Of a stretch of DNA of 64,000 nt, positions 13,507 to 33,383 are shown in pieces. Under the pieces are notes generated by a model, which saw nothing but the letters and a program-made list of their open reading frames with translations, was not told the DNA's origin and did not search any database. The DNA lies in the NCBI GenBank assembly GCA_051294375.1, contig CM119266.1:3228030-3292029 (forward strand). Direction: 5' to 3'. The position numbers were made by a program, and so were the translations under genes. The first letter of the stretch is position 1. Each line of letters begins with the position of its first letter. The stretch is from Paraspadella gotoi (Eukaryota; Animalia; Chaetognatha).

Positions 13507-14364
13507 NNNNNNNNNNNNNNNNNNNNNNNNNNNNNNNNNNNNNNNNNNNNNNNNNNNNNNNNNNNNNNNNNNNNNNNNNNNNNNNNNNNNNNNNNNNNNN
13601 NNNNNNNNNNNNNNNNNNNNNNNNNNNNNNNNNNNNNNNNNNNNNNNNNNNNNNNNNNNNNNNNNNNNNNNNNACAAAAAAAAACCCAGCAAAAACCAAA
13701 CTCGGACCAGAGAACCTTATATTTACTACTCAAGTCGACATCTGTTCCTTTTTTTCCTTTTCTCCATTTTTGCTTTCGGTTTTCTTTTTTTTTTGGGGGG
13801 GGTCACTTAAAAAAAAGAGGATAAATAAAAGAAATAAATAAACCCACTTCGTCTTCCAAGGCGCCCTCTAGTCGTGTGCGCAACTTTCCGATTTCCAGAT
13901 GGCGTTTTTCCCGCGGCGAGATTTTTTTTTATTGACCCACCTCATGGATCCCAACGCCATCTCTTTCGCTCCAGAATGCCTCTTTTTCTCCCTGTGGTAC
14001 TTTAGTTTTTTTTTAAGGTTGACATTGACTTGACGTGACATGCTTCGACATGACGGCCTTCATTTTTTTTTCTCCCTTGTTTTTCTCGTTCCGCTTCTGT
14101 CATTAACGGTTAAAAATGATTTTGACTTAACCGTTAATAAATATATTTTAACGGTTAATTTCGGTTAATTTTCAATTTCATTGATTTTGATTTCCTGGCT
14201 AAAATCTTTTGTTTTTCTCTTTCCGCTTCTGTCAGTTTTAACGGTTTAGTGAAGTTTCAAAAATTTTAACGGTTAACGGATGTCTAGTTATAATATAATG
14301 TTCATATAAAATTGGGTTCATTTAGTTAATGCTTTACAGATATAAGTATTCAACCTTAATGCTT

Positions 14365-14410
<46 letters not shown>

Positions 14411-14568
14411 TTAAAATTGTGATAACACCTGATCATCTGAAAAAACCGAGCACATAATAAAGCGGCACGACTCCTTGCTTTTTCTTCAATATCTTTTTAC
14501 GCAGCTCGGTCCCTTTCTACCCTAACTTCACCCCCCAGAGGTCAGTTCTCCCTCCCCCCCCGCCGCCT

Positions 14569-14608
<40 letters not shown>

Positions 14609-14807
14609 TGCTGCCCCCTAGACCCCATAGTTCCAAAGTCAATAGTTTCGTCCGCTGATCTCATTCACTCGGCGACCTCGTGTGAGTCTTTTTCACTTCG
14701 CCGCCGATGGTGAAGCGTGAATCATTCTCACTGGAGTTGAGACTCGTGAGAGTTATGGGAGGGGGTTAGCGGAGAAGAGGGGGGGAAAAGGTTATTGGGG
14801 TAAGAAA

Positions 14808-15462
14808 AAATTGACATACCTAAATTGACATACCTAAATTGACATACNNNNNNNNNNNNNNNNNNNNNNNNNNNNNNNNNNNNNNNNNNNNNNNNNNNNN
14901 NNNNNNNNNNNNNNNNNNNNNNNNNNNNNNNNNNNNNNNNNNNNNNNNNNNNNNNNNNNNNNNNNNNNNNNNNNNNNNNNNNNNNNNNNNNNNNNNNNNN
15001 NNNNNNNNNNNNNNNNNNNNNNNNNNNNNNNNNNNNNNNNNNNNNNNNNNNNNNNNNNNNNNNNNNNNNNNNNNNNNNNNNNNNNNNNNNNNNNNNNNNN
15101 NNNNNNNNNNNNNNNNNNNNNNNNNNNNNNNNNNNNNNNNNNNNNNNNNNNNNNNNNNNNNNNNNNNNNNNNNNNNNNNNNNNNNNNNNNNNNNNNNNNN
15201 NNNNNNNNNNNNNNNNNNNNNNNNNNNNNNNNNNNNNNNNNNNNNNNNNNNNNNNNNNNNNNNNNNNNNNNNNNNNNNNNNNNNNNNNNNNNNNNNNNNN
15301 NNNNNNNNNNNNNNNNNNNNNNNNNNNNNNNNNNNNNNNNNNNNNNNNNNNNNNNNNNNNNNAAATTGACATACCTAAATTGACATGCCTAAATTGACAT
15401 ACTTAAATTGACATAGCTAAATTGACATACCTAAATTGACATACCTAAATTGACATACCTAA
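14808..15462. repeat. Minisatellite (aaattgacatacct, about 14 bp) spanning a gap
   Basis: Tandem units are visible on both sides of the N-run. Confidence 0.9.
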
Positions 15463-17132
15463 AGCCCAAAAACCAGAAGGAATATGCAAAAGAATTATCG
15501 TTTGGTCATACAAGATATGGACAAAAATGGGGCCAAATGCAAAACGGGGAAAGTCGGAAGGAAAATAAAATTATAGGAAAATAAAGATAATTATTTTATT
15601 AAAAATGGGAAAGAAAAATGAAAAACTAAAAATGGAGAAATTAAGAGATAATTTATAAAGAAAACATAAAATAAGAGGGAACGTTAGCAAAAGTTATGGC
15701 TGTTTCAATAAACGAAAGTCGATATCATCTCGCTTAGTACCTGACCCAAAATCTTACCCTCACGGCCTTAGACTCAGAGCCTTACCCTCTCGGCTTCACC
15801 CAAACCCAATGACTCCGTCGTTCACTCACCCTTCTCTTCTTTTCTTCTTCCTCCTCTCGACAACCAAAGCGTCACGGCTGCAACGACGAAATCTCCTTCT
15901 TTATTTCTTTCGATCCGAAAGTTGACTCGATAAAATGAATTAAGGAAAAACTTTTCTCCTCCACTCAGGGGGGGAACAGGAAAGAAAAAAAGTGAAAAGA
16001 AACGATTTTTTTTTCTCTCGTCAAAACATCAAAAGAAGGAAAAGGAAATCGACGACAAAAAAAAAGAAAAAATGAGAAAAAATAAAGAAAAACAAATGAT
16101 AACAAATTAGGAAAAAAGAAAAGCAAAACGAAGAGCAAAACGAGGAGGAAGGAAATAAAAACGAACGGGAAAAAACAAATAAAAAAAAACGAATTGGAAG
16201 AAGAAAAAAATATTTTTTTGGATTAAAAAAAAAGAGAAATATCTGGAAAACGAAAATTGTATTGGGAGACATTTTGAGAAAATAATATTTGGGGGAAAAG
16301 GAGGAAAGGAGGAAAGGAGGAAAGGAGAAAAGGGAGGAATGATAAGAGGGGATGAAGAGAAAGGAAAGGGGAAAGAGAAACAAGGGCAGAAGAAAAGAGA
16401 GGTGGAATATGGAAGATAAAAGGCATTGGCTTATATAGGATAGACGGGGTGAGAAAGTAGACAAAAATGCAGCCTGAGACGAAGATTGAGAGAGAAAGCG
16501 AGAGAGAGAGAGCGAGAGAGAGAGAAAGAAAGAGAGAGAGAGAGAGAAACTACTTTTTTATTTTCGAATTCGTGTCGAGAATTTAAATTCGTTTTTCTTT
16601 TCTTTTCTTTTCTTTCTTCTTTTTTCATCTTATTTCCGTCATCTTTCGAGCAAATCACCTTTTTCCCTCTTTTCCTCTCCTTTTCCTTTCCCCCTTGTTC
16701 TCTTTTCCTTTCCTCCCTTTTTCTCTTTTCCTTTCCTCCCTTTTTCTCTTTTACTCCCTCTTCCCCTCTTTATCTTCTCCTATCTTGTTTTTTCATCTTC
16801 TCTCTTTTCCTTTTCCCTTTCTTTTCATCTTTCCTTTTCCTCCCTTTTTCTTCTGTTTCCTTTCATCCTTGTCACTATTTTTTTTTCTTTTCTCTTTTTT
16901 TCCTCCCTCCCGATTTTCTTGTTTTCATTTCTCTCCAGTTTCTCAAACGTTTAACTCCAACGAACCAAAATTAAACACGCATGTTTATCGATGAATTTAA
17001 CATTAAAAAAAATATCGTTTTTCAACACAGTGAATCGTTAACACCCGCAACCTTCTCCACGCCCACAATCCAATTGTCTCCACGCCCACTATCCACGTCA
17101 GCACTTAAGAACTGAATGGGACCCAAAACAAA

Positions 17133-25569
<8,437 letters not shown>

Positions 25570-25574
25570 GGGGG

Positions 25575-25618
<44 letters not shown>

Positions 25619-26139
25619 CATTGATCAATGTCAATAATAAATAAAAATAACTTTTACTTCCAGAGTTCGATGTAAATTACTACACTTTGAAATTGTAGAT
25701 AGGTTTTTCGATTATTTACGTCTCCTATGTATGAATAAAATCCTTGGTTATTTAAAGTATTTACAATTTACAATAACTTTGTTCGCAGTGAAAGAATTTT
25801 ATTTTGATCTTGAAAAAGTTAAATCTACTGTACTAACAAGATCAACCGCAGAATCAGTTTAATGAACTTTTTTTGATTTGTCAATCGGCATAATTTAATT
25901 CGGTTGAAGGCTGTGGTTTATGTGGTAAATTAACTCGCAGTAAACCGTGAAACGAGGAAAGGGAAATAAAATTGTAATTCATAATTAGTATCATTCGACA
26001 AAGAGTACATAGTATCATTATAGTAACCCAGCGAAGATCCCCCTCGCTCCGACCAATCCCCCGTCTACTATCACATCTCAATATCGACCAATCAGCGAAC
26101 TCTCTATGAACCTCACTCTTCTTCATTCTCTCCATCTTC

Positions 26140-26250
26140 CGGTTCTCACAACCTCGATCTCTACCCCCGAAAGACGCACTCATGGGGTAAGTCTTCCCGT
26201 CCGTCCCTGGCACATAAATCATCGGGCATATTGGCGTTCAGGCGGGCATT
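26140..26250 (-). pseudogene. Disrupted third Kazal domain downstream of the Kazal gene stop codon
   Basis: The minus strand reads CPMIYVP-GTDGKTYP, then after a 1-nt shift ECVF..C. The VC dipeptide expected before GTDG is missing. Confidence 0.65.
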
Positions 26251-26273
26251 TCGGCCTGTCTGGCCTTCCTGAC

Positions 26274-27049
26274 CTAAACACGTCTCTTTCGCCCGAATAC
26301 CTGCTCACAGGGACCCTCCCACAAGATCTTCATCGACCCGCCGCAATTTTCAGACTTGAAGACGCATTCGTTCAAGTAGGTCGTCCCGTCGGAGGCGCAA
26401 ACTGGGCTGTAGACGCCCGGACATTCTCCCGGGCAATCCGCGGACGGTAGGGTGCGCTTGTTGTCTCCGCCTTTGTCGCACCGACCGTAGTGAACCATCG
26501 TGATGTCTTGGCCCTTCTCGCAAGCGGCCATCCGCAGCGTACAAGGATTTCCGTAGCTGACGCCGTCGGAGCCGCAAACCTCGAACAGGATCCGGGAGCA
26601 GCCGAAAGGGCACGGCTCCGGTTTGGGTTCGGATCGGGCGCCGGGTGGAGAGGCCAAAGAGGAGGAGAGGAAGAGGAGGAGAAAAGCGAGGGAGGACTGG
26701 AAGGTGAATAATTAAATGTTAAAATATTTATAATATATACATAAAGTTAATTTAGAAAATTTATGGCTAAATTATACTTTCGCAGACTGGGCTTTTGGTA
26801 TATTTTGAAAAACTACTTAAAAATATTTATTTAAAAAAAAATAATAAATAAAAATAATTACCTAATTAGTAATTACCCTAACCCTTTTTAACCCTAACCA
26901 CCCCTAACCCCGGTCGGCGAAAGTAGAATTAACCCTCAATGACTTTCCCATGGACTGAGCAAACTGATGCTTTGAATGCCCCTCTTCCTTCATGCAAGAT
27001 AAAAAAATAATTAGCCTAAGAAATAAGAATTGTTAGTACTTGCCTGCAT
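26274..27049 (-). CDS. Secreted Kazal-type serine protease inhibitor with two intact Kazal domains
   Basis: Exon 2 (26696-26274, acceptor ttccag) encodes the signal-like SSLAFLLLFLSSSLA, then CPFGCSRILFEVCGSDGVSYGNPC..C..C and CPGECPGVYSPVCASDGTTYLNEC..C..C. Exon 1 is proposed as ATG CAG at 27049-27044 followed by a GCAAGT donor, in frame. Confidence 0.9.
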
Positions 27050-27093
27050 TTTTTTTCAATTCCCGTTAATTTCCCCAGCAAAAACAAAAGGGA

Positions 27094-27175
27094 AAACTGA
27101 TCAGTTCCGATGAGGGACAGGCTTTTAAATCTGACATTGAAGCGACAACGACAACTTGTAAACTCGGCCAATCAT
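27094..27175 (-). promoter_or_regulatory. Candidate core promoter of the Kazal gene
   Basis: The minus strand has TTTAAAA (about 27129-27123) roughly 28 nt upstream of an Inr-like TCAGTT (27100-27095), about 50 nt before the ATG. A CCAAT box lies near 27168. Confidence 0.45.
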
Positions 27176-27889
27176 CACTGATATGTCAACCAGACAGGCG
27201 ATTATTAGATTAAGATGAGATTACATATTTTTACTGGATTTATAGCTGGAGTTATACTGGGGATTTTGACAGTTGGATTTTCGGGCAAATACGGGTTGAG
27301 AAAAATCTGTAATAAAGGAGATATGTCGCTCCGCGCTTAGAAAAAAATCCGAAAGAAAGAAGCCGTTTCTGATAATTTTGGTTCCTAGCAATTTTTGCAC
27401 CAGTAACGCAGTAAATATTACAAAACCATGGATGATTTCTGAAACTGCAGTGTTAGGGCTATCCTACGCAGCCGGAACAAAGAAAATCATAAAGGTTTTT
27501 GTGAAATATTATGCCTCGCCTCCTACATTTTAACCTCTTTTTCTCTCTCTCTCTCTCGTTTACGTTTTTGGTTCTATCCGAGTCGTAATATTCATAATTC
27601 AACTCGATATTCAGCAAAAGATTCAAGTATTCATGTAGAAAAGATCCTTCGTTACTCTACAAGGAACGGGCGACGTCTAGAACGCGCGACTACGCGAGCG
27701 TGTAGGAGAAACACCTTCAGTTTTAACTAAATACTGAAAATAAACACGGTGCTTAGTCTGATTTCCTTTTGAATTTTTTTTATTTTGCGGCATTTACTGC
27801 ACAAGTCAAATATACAGCGGTCATGCATTGATTCCGATTGTTAGGCTTAGCCTATCTTTCAAGCACAACAAAAATGAATTGTTCTGATC

Positions 27890-29130
27890 TATATTTGATT
27901 TCCCTTTTGGTGAGGTCGAATCTCCTGCGATGATAGTAAGAAAATATAAATTAAGAAAAAAGTGGATTAATTAATAATTTGTTTCCTACTGTTTTTGCCA
28001 AACATGCTTTTTAAAATTATAAAATAAAGATTAGTTAATGAAATTACAATGTCTTAGGTAAACTTCGTTGCCCGAACAAAGAAAATTCATTGATATCATA
28101 GTCTCAATATGGAACCTTTGATATAGCTACATTCATTAGCTATAATAATTTTTTATTAAGAAAATCACTAATCTTTTAATAACACGCTAATGGGCTATAT
28201 GCAAAGGCTTTAATTTGCGCCTGAAGATGACCAGTCTTTTAGCCCTAAAGCTTAATAGCAAAAAGTGAAAAGAAATAAACTAAAAAATGTTTAAAAGGTA
28301 AAAGCCTGTTCACGATCGACTTTGAATTTTGATTCTACTCAATTTTAACATTTTCGCTACGCTTTAATGTTTAGTGTACCTTTGATATTCGTTAAGTGAT
28401 TTAATATTAAAATTCTGCAAAGTAAGACTAAATTAAAGGCTTAAATCATATTTAAATTTTAATTTCAATTTTGAATGATTTTAACTTTTCCGAATTTAAG
28501 AANNNNNNNNNNTTGATTTAAATTTAATTTCCCTTTTGGTGAGGTTTAGTCTCCAGCGATGATATTAAGAAATAATAGCAATTAATCCACTTTTCTTAAA
28601 ATTTATCACAATTCTTTTACTGTTTTAGCAAAATTGCAAAATTCATTGATATCGTAGTTTCAATATGGAGCCTTGAAATACCTCATTTTTTTATAATTTA
28701 CCCCTTTGATAAAGGCATTGTATTATATTAAAAAATGAGCACCAGTTTAACCATACAGCTACATGCATTAGCGTGTTATTAAAAGACTAGGTTTTTTAAT
28801 AATTGTTTATATTAATAGCTAATGGGCAATATGCAAAAGTTCTAATTTGCATCTGAAAATGACCCGTTTAAAAATCTGATAGTCTTTTAGCCCTAAAGCC
28901 CAAATAATAAAAATTGAAAAGAAATAAACCTTACTTAAAAATGTTCAAAGGTACAAGCCTGTTTACGACAATAGTCGAATTTTGATTCTACTCAATTTTA
29001 ATGCTTAGTGTACCTTTGATGTTCGTCAAGTGATTTAATTATATTAAAATTCTGCAAAATATTTAAATATTTAAATATTTAAATTTTTAATTTCAATTAT
29101 GAATGATTTAAACCTTTCCGAATTTAAGAA
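27890..29130. repeat. Diverged tandem duplication, two units of about 620 bp (27890-28502, 28513-29130)
   Basis: Colinear matches: tttcccttttggtgagg, aaaattcattgatatc, agtcttttagccctaaagc, gaattttgattctactcaatttta, ttccgaatttaagaa. Confidence 0.85.
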
Positions 29131-29404
29131 AAAATAGAAATTTTGAATCGGGTTNNNNNNNNNNNNNNNNNNNNNNNNNNNNNNNNNNNNNNNNNNNNNN
29201 NNNNNNNNNNNNNNNNNNNNNNNNNNNNNNNNNNNNNNNNNNNNNNNNNNNNNNNNNNNNNNNNNNNNNNNNNNNNNNNNNNNNNNNNNNNNNNNNNNNN
29301 NNNNNNNNNNNNNNNNNNNNNNNNNNNNNNNNNNNNNNNNNNNNNNNNNNNNNNNNNNNNNNNNNNNNNNNNNCAATAACACGGATTCTTCAACTTGGAT
29401 CACT

Positions 29405-32144
29405 TCACAGCCCGAGAAAGTATTTGGTCAGAGCCGGGACGGGCGCCCCAGTGGGCACACCGGGGAATGGGCCCGACGATCCTGCGATGTCGACGTGAAG
29501 GTAGGGCAGCGGGCGAGTGGAGTCCTGCCCGTGCTTGTCCAGTCCGGAAGCGATGGTCAAAAAGGCGGCCGGGTATTGATGACCGCGAGGAGTTTGGGAA
29601 GACGGTTTGTTGTTGGCTTGAAGGACTTCCTCGTATTCGGAAGGGGCTGGTGGGGAAAATTTAATAACATTAGGTGCTTAAAATGTAGACGCATATTTAA
29701 TTATTTATATATCCATATGAGAAACGTTATTAATGATTCCTTACCTTTGACAAAGTCAAAATCCTCCCTTCTAAGAGTAGAAATCTCGAAAGGGTCGGCG
29801 GTCACATGACCAGCGGCCTAAACAGTGGAAAATTCAATTTAGTAAAGCAAACGGTCTTTTGTATTTAATTTAGAACCTGAATGAATTCTGCCATTTTCTC
29901 TTTCCTCGCGGGACCGTTGGCCATGACGATGGAATAGTGAGGACCCATAGCGGTGATGGCGTGACCTGGGAGATAAAAGGCAACTGAAGATTTGATTTGG
30001 ACCCCATGAGTCAGGACCTTCTCCGGACTTACCCGTCAAAGTAGCAATTGTCATCAGAACTGGTTTGATTACCGATTCCTGCAAGGCTTTTTCCTTGGCC
30101 TGGCAGAGAACGTCAACCATGGCCATTCGACCTGAAAAAATGGAATCGAGAAACCGGGTTATATGCAGTTGCATATACTGTAGTTTATAGTTTGCCGGTT
30201 TTTTTTAACAAAGTTGAAGTATTAAATTTCAGTTTTCCAGATATTTAGATCTTATCATAAATGAAGTTACCCTACAAAACTCTTANNNNNNNNNNNNNNN
30301 NNNNNNNNNNNNNNNNNNNNNNNNNNNNNNNNNNNNNNNNNNNNNNNNNNNNNNNNNNNNNNNNNNNNNNNNNNNNNNNNNNNNNNNNNNNNNNNNNNNN
30401 NNNNNNNNNNNNNNNNNNNNNNNNNNNNNNNNNNNNNNNNNNNNNNNNNNNNNNNNNNNNNNNNNNNNNNNNNNNNNNNNNNNNNNNNNNNNNNNNNNNN
30501 NNNNNNNNNNNNNNNNNNNNNNNNNNNNNNNNNNNNNNNNNNNNNNNNNNNNNTTATTTCGTCGGCGACGTAACATTCGCTGCCAACGCTGTTTCGGCAC
30601 ATGGCGAGTCCGCCTACCACCTGGGGTAGGAGGGGGGGGAAGTTAAAAAGGCTACGGTGATCCAGGTAAGAAAAGCGAGAATAATGAAGACTAGGTGGAT
30701 TAAAAACAAAAACTGGAGCCAAGATATTTGCTTTCGAGCCGGGTTCATTTCCTGGGGCAGCGAAAGGGCGCTTAATCCTTTCAGAATTGTGCCAGTCTCC
30801 TTCGAAGTTTAATTCATGAAGTTTATTCCATCCCTTTTAATACGAAGTCAACTTACCTTAACATTTTCCGTGACGCGAGACGCTAGTGGACGCCCGGTCC
30901 ACTGCGGCGTAACACGGGTAGTCAGTTTNNNNNNNNNNNNNNNNNNNNNNNNNNNNNNNNNNNNNNNNNNNNNNNNNNNNNNNNNNNNNNNNNNNNNNNN
31001 NNNNNNNNNNNNNNNNNNNNNNNNNNNNNNNNNNNNNNNNNNNNNNNNNNNNNNNNNNNNNNNNNNNNNNNNNNNNNNNNNNNNNNNNNNNNNNNNNNNN
31101 NNNNNNNNNNNNNNNNNNNNNNNNNNNNNNNNNNNNNNNNNNNNNNNNNNNNNNNNNNNNNNNNNNNNNNNNNNNNNNNNNNNNNNNNNNNNNNNNNNNN
31201 NNNNNNNNCGAATTTGGCGCGGTCGGAAATCACGTCAACCGTAACCTGTAAAAGTAAACAAAACTTAGGTAAGCTAGAATATCAAGTATCGTTTGTTATT
31301 ATTATTAAACCTTAGAATCTTTGAAAGCGGCAGTGACGTATTCGGCGACGCGAGGTGCGGCCATACGCTCAGGATCCGAACCTCCAATGTCACTAAAATA
31401 AAATTTATTCGCTAATAGTCAATTTAAAGGAAAAGAGCGTTTGTCCTTTGTTTTCACCGAGTTACAATCCTCCCGGCCTCGACGGCTTCGGCCAACTTGA
31501 CGGCCCCGTCGCGCCACTCGTTGGCATTTTCGCGAACGAAGATTCCCAGGCTGTCCAGCTTTGCGCTTTTGTTCGGGAAGGCCTCGCGAATTTCCAGGGG
31601 AACGTACGCGGCCTTTATTAATTCAATTAATTCAAATTAATTAATTTAAATGTTAATAAATAAGCCGGTTAATAACCTGCAGAGCCCCGAGCATGGCCGC
31701 CAGCAAGGACTCCTCGAAACCGGGCAAGGCAATCTTGGCCGGTGCCACCAATAAAGGATTGCGAGCGCCGGCGGCGACAGCGCGCTTGATGCCGGCGAAA
31801 GCGGCGTCGCTCAAGCGGCGGACGTCGTCCTGGTCACGATCGAGCGGACCACTGAGAAAAAATAGAAACTTTACAATTTAATTCATAATTTAAACCACTT
31901 ATCCTCACCTCGGCGACACGACCAGCCTCTTGGACGGAATCGCGTCCGGCGTCAAAAACGAGACGCCATCTTTCGCCGCGGCGTCATTTTTTCTCAATGC
32001 CGCCAGCGATGCGAAGGCCGCCGGCGCCGGATCGGGCAGAGAATCCTCCAGGTTACTTATCGGCGTCGAAACCAGGACCATCGCGTCGAAAGCGGCGTCG
32101 AAAAGATCCGTCGTCACTTTGATCGTCGGCGGTTTGGTTGCCAT
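29405..32144 (-). CDS. M17 family leucyl/cytosol aminopeptidase, W07G4.4-like; multi-exon, partly in gaps
   Basis: Exons 32144-31909, 31851-31677 (GPLDRDQDDVRR), 31612-31458 (AYVPLEIRE), 31392-31311 (DIGGSDPERMAAPRVAEYV), 31245 onward (..DYPCYAAVDRA), about 30620-30554 (LAMCRNSVGSECYVADEI), 30131-30033 (GRMAMVDVLC..TIATLTG), 29965 onward (HAITAMG..NGPAR), about 29817-29744 (DPFEISTLRREDF). The last exon reads RGHQYPAAFL..GLDKHG..YLHVDIAGSSGPFPGVPTGAP with TGA at 29407-29405. Confidence 0.9.
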
Positions 32145-33383
32145 GGCGACGGTGGGCGTGGAGACGTGAATAAAACGGAATTTCGGGACGGAAGCTCGAA
32201 TGGCTAAAAGCACTAAGGGGGGGGGAAGTTTGGGAGAGCGGAAAGTAAAAATATATGCGGGAAGGAATTAGATGTCAAGAAAGATAAAATCAAATCATAT
32301 AAACAAACTAAACTAGCGGCAATACAGTTGGGTAAGATCATTAAGATGATCAATCACAAATACCTTTAAAAACACGTCACGCGAAAAATGATAAAAAAGC
32401 AGGTCATGATTAATACTTATTTCGAGAGTTGATCTTTGATCTTTCAGCCGTAATCGAAATTTGATAAAAGCAGGAGAAAAAAACCAAAAGCGAAGAATTA
32501 CTAAAGAGGCAAGTTTTCTCTTGGATCTTAAAAGTTGAAATCGAGAGAAAAAAGCGATAGAAAAAAAAAAACAACTGGCGAAACAGTTTTTGAAATCGAG
32601 TTTTGTTGGAGAATCCCTTTACCAGTAACGAGCAACAGCTCTTTTTTCAACTTAAAAAAGCAAAGTTGCTATGAAAACAAAGATAATTAACAAGAAAATA
32701 TACATAACAAAGCAATTTATAAACATTCCATGTTGGAAGGCAGCGCAACTACACATTAACCTTGTTGCAATAACCCTGACCTTTTCCGTTTCGGGTCAGG
32801 AAGAGCCGCTTCAGTCATCGAGGAAAAAACGAGGCAATGGAGCGACGCGATTGGTTCTCGGCAATTGAGAAATATAACGCAGGCTGCTGATTGGTCGAAG
32901 GGATATGATCGCGTGGTCGAGTGGGACACTGAATTCTAAGGATTTTTGGGGCAATCGTGGAAGAGATATTTAAGGAAGTGAAGCCGATAATTTAATCAGA
33001 AACACTTAATAATTAATATATTTATTACTAAATGATGTAAACTTGAAATTTTAATTTAAGACGAGTTTTAGCGAAATAACGAGTTCAAAGTTTTAGTTGT
33101 CTGCAATTCGCTATCAAAATATCGAATATGAAAACGTAAAAAAAATTTTAAAAATAAATAAAATTTCCATAGATTAATTTTATATGCAATATTCAATCTA
33201 TTGCTCAGAAAGAAATTGGGAATGTAAAAAAAATGTTTTTTAAAACAAGACATAAAGAAAGAATGAAAAACATAAGAGAAAGGAATAAGTTTTAGTTGAA
33301 GTACGAGAGAAAATAGAGAGGGGGAATAGAGGAATTTGAGAGGAGAGAGAGAGAGAGANNNNNNNNNNNNNNNNNNNNNNNNN

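Noticed and set aside
13403-14760. Possible plus-strand exons (MEASNPKRGFASSI at 13403-13446; segments near 14505 and 14630) as the missing iGluR amino-terminal domain
   Set aside because: They are too short, have no recognisable ATD features, and no continuous frame to 17296 could be built; gaps prevent full exclusion.
11048-15372. ORFs up to 500 aa containing X runs
   Set aside because: Their length comes from N gaps and (AG)n tracts.
26875-26910. CCCTAA telomere-like repeats
   Set aside because: Only a few degenerate units; similar tracts occur inside the MITE-like elements.
28222-28270. CTGAAGATGA as another hammerhead core
   Set aside because: No stem II closed by GAAA follows it.
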